A stretch of 63,997 bases of DNA, filler included, from Choristocarpus tenellus KU-1152 (Eukaryota; Protista; Phaeophyceae), in NCBI GenBank assembly GCA_964200185.2. It is 10 parts of 10 records of this genome, joined end to end, with 100 filler letters (N's around TTAATTAATTAA, not from the genome) between each part and the next. Parts side by side here need not be neighbours in the genome. Positions count along the whole stretch, not along the records: positions 61,478 to 63,997 come from CAXNAD020027127.1; 9 more parts are not named here. The stretch is one strand, 5' to 3'. Each line of letters starts with the position of its first letter. Position 1 is the first letter of the stretch. Shown piece by piece: positions 62,076 to 63,997 of the stretch. Both the position numbers and the translations under genes were made by a program. A model generated the notes under the pieces. The model saw only the letters and a list, made by a program, of their open reading frames with translations, searched no databases and was not told the DNA's origin.

Positions 62076-63947
62076 ATGCCGAATTCAAGATCGAGGCGAA
62101 AATGCCGTGCACAGGAACGCCTGACACCACATCTGGAACCATTGAGAATATCAGAAGAAGAGGTTCGGGGACATGAGTCTACAGAGGACATGGAGTCTTC
62201 AACAAATCACGACTCTGACTCATCTAGTCTCACGTCCACTTCGTCTAGTAACATAACAATTGCTGAACATAGACGAGGTTCCCTCCCTTCTCCCCCAACA
62301 GATCGTCAGGCTCATACCAGACCTGTGTCATCAACCTTAGAGCATCGTGTCAGCTTGGGCAACCGTGATACTCGTCGGGTCCTCTTCCAGGACGAACCTG
62401 TCCCGCCTCCAAGTTCCACTGCTTGTGAGGTGGCCATTTCACAGGCCCAGTTCGGAGATGCTGTGCCAGCGTTCATGGCGCACCACATCAACAAGTGTGC
62501 AAGAACAAACACTGTGCCTCCTGAATGGCTTCAGGATCTGTTGAAACTTCAAGTTCTCGGAACGGGCGTCGATCAAGAGTGACCTGTTGAACAGAGTAGT
62601 CATGTCTCGCACCCACAACTACTGTCAGAAGGGAGTCGTTTCAGGTTTTCCGCTTCGGAAATCTCATCTGGTCTGATAATTACAGGTTCTGGAGAAGAAG
62701 ATTTGCCACTTCTGTTCTCTAAATGGCATTTGGTAATACCTCTGCATTCTAGTCAGTACGGTTCTGCATACCCCGAAACAGTTGATGCTCGTTGTGTAGA
62801 ATGTTTACCGAAATGTCTTCAAGGATCTGCCTCAACAATATATTTCCAGGCGTTGTCTGGTACGATAGAATAAGCGTTCAACAAGCGATTTGGCTCGATT
62901 GCAATCGTCCCTTTACACCCCCTGTCGTCATCACACCTCGAAAGACGTGGGATGATGTGTTCAGAAAGCCTTGATAAACGCATTTACCCCTGCCCATGCT
63001 GAAAGTGTATCAGCTCATAGACTATCGTCCTTGAAACAGGGAGAGACCGAGTCTGTCAACAAATATGTTTTACGTCGCACAACATCAATGAATCGTTTAT
63101 TAGATGATATTCGTCTTACAGAATCGTCCTCAGATTCGGTCGACACAACAACTTTACTTGTTGAGCAACTGGAAATAACCCTGATAGGAAGATGGCTTAT
63201 TCCCTACGATTCGTCTTGAGCAGATTCGGGAAGAACCTGCCACCATATTTTCCCAGGCTTGTGACCGTGCCAAACGGCAGGAAGCCGACAATCTATCTGG
63301 TAATAATTCCACCCCCACCACTTACACTAGTGCTATGACCTACAACCCTCATCGTGGGACCCAAAGTATCTGGGGGGGGGGGAGGGGTCTACACCAGAGT
63401 GTCCATTTGGACCATAACCAGGAAAAGTGCACTTACATTATCCATCCAAGGTATGGAACCAAATCACCCAAAAATCGCGACATGAAAAAATTGGCCTCGA
63501 GTGGACAGCAGCCACCCCCCCTAGATAATTTGAGTCTGGACAGGTTCCTCGTGCAGATTTTGTAACTAATGGGAATGTCAACAGCTCCGTACGGAGGTGC
63601 AACGTCACCAAGCAGGGGAAGCAAACCTCAACAAGTCCCCAGCTCGGTCGTTGACAAATCCGCCTACCTCAGTCAGTTCCATGGACAGATCATCACGGCC
63701 CCTGGACACGTCACACTATGCAGAGACACCATCTACATTCCAGCACCATGTTGACCAGCATCAAAGTAGTGTGTGTCAGTACCCGGGTTGTCAGGTGGCG
63801 ACTCGTGAGGGTCATACAACCCAGTCGTGCCTGGACGATCCGAAGGGTACTTGTAGGGTGTACCTGCGTTATAGAGGAAGGGGTCGTGGTGGTTGTGTTC
63901 GTGATTATAGACAGTCAACACCAGGTCATTATTCTCCTTGTCCCTAG
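62076..63947 (+). pseudogene. Retrotransposon gag pseudogene interrupted by a MITE
   Basis: ORF pieces 62076-62582, 62792-62974, 62971-63219 and 63597-63947 are colinear parts of one gag. Confidence 0.72.
63358..63536 (+). mobile_element. MITE family B, complete copy inserted in gag
   Basis: GACCCAAAGTATCTGGGG...CCCTAGATAATTTGAGTC; TGG repeated on both flanks. Confidence 0.9.
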
Positions 63948-63997
63948 GGGTGCCCAGGTGGATTTGACTCCTGTCCACTTGGGAATAGTCATGGTGT

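Larger units (their letters stand above)
61770..63997 (+). mobile_element. Ty3/Gypsy-type LTR retrotransposon, 5' part (LTR, PBS, decayed gag)
   Basis: Candidate LTR 61770-62012 (TGTCA...TCACA), PBS TGGCGACACCGGTG at 62014, then gag from ATG 62076 with capsid motif RLSSLKQGETESVNKY and zinc-knuckle-like CQYPGCQVATREGHTTQSC; frameshifts and stops. Confidence 0.78.

Overview
This is eukaryotic nuclear DNA, not a prokaryotic locus. It has spliceosomal introns, microsatellites and many transposon relics; the intron style, flagellar-type gene and element types suggest a brown alga or related stramenopile (inference). It is also not one locus: ten contigs are joined by artificial 100-nt linkers (N-run/TTAATTAATTAA/N-run), so adjacency across linkers has no biological meaning. 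Spliced host genes rebuilt by hand with consistent exon phases: a 3' part of a DUF4139-family gene, the last two exons of a flagellar microtubule-inner-protein-like gene (GC-AG intron), the last two exons of RTCB, a PNUTS/PPP1R10-like PP1 regulator, an orphan ~709-aa type I membrane protein with a Tyr/acidic tail, and TMEM19 (DUF92). Mobile DNA: a Ngaro/DIRS-type tyrosine-recombinase retrotransposon, a Ty3/Gypsy-type 5' end (LTR, PBS, gag), an internally deleted hAT element, two related MITE families sharing a CAAAGTATCT terminus (14 copies or fragments), a decayed Sola-like transposase and possible KDZ-type transposase relics. No CRISPR array, rRNA or convincing tRNA gene was seen. The best leads are the compact PNUTS-like gene, the MITE pair with its candidate Sola-like driver, and the receptor-like orphan. 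All family assignments come from motifs recognised by eye, not from database searches.
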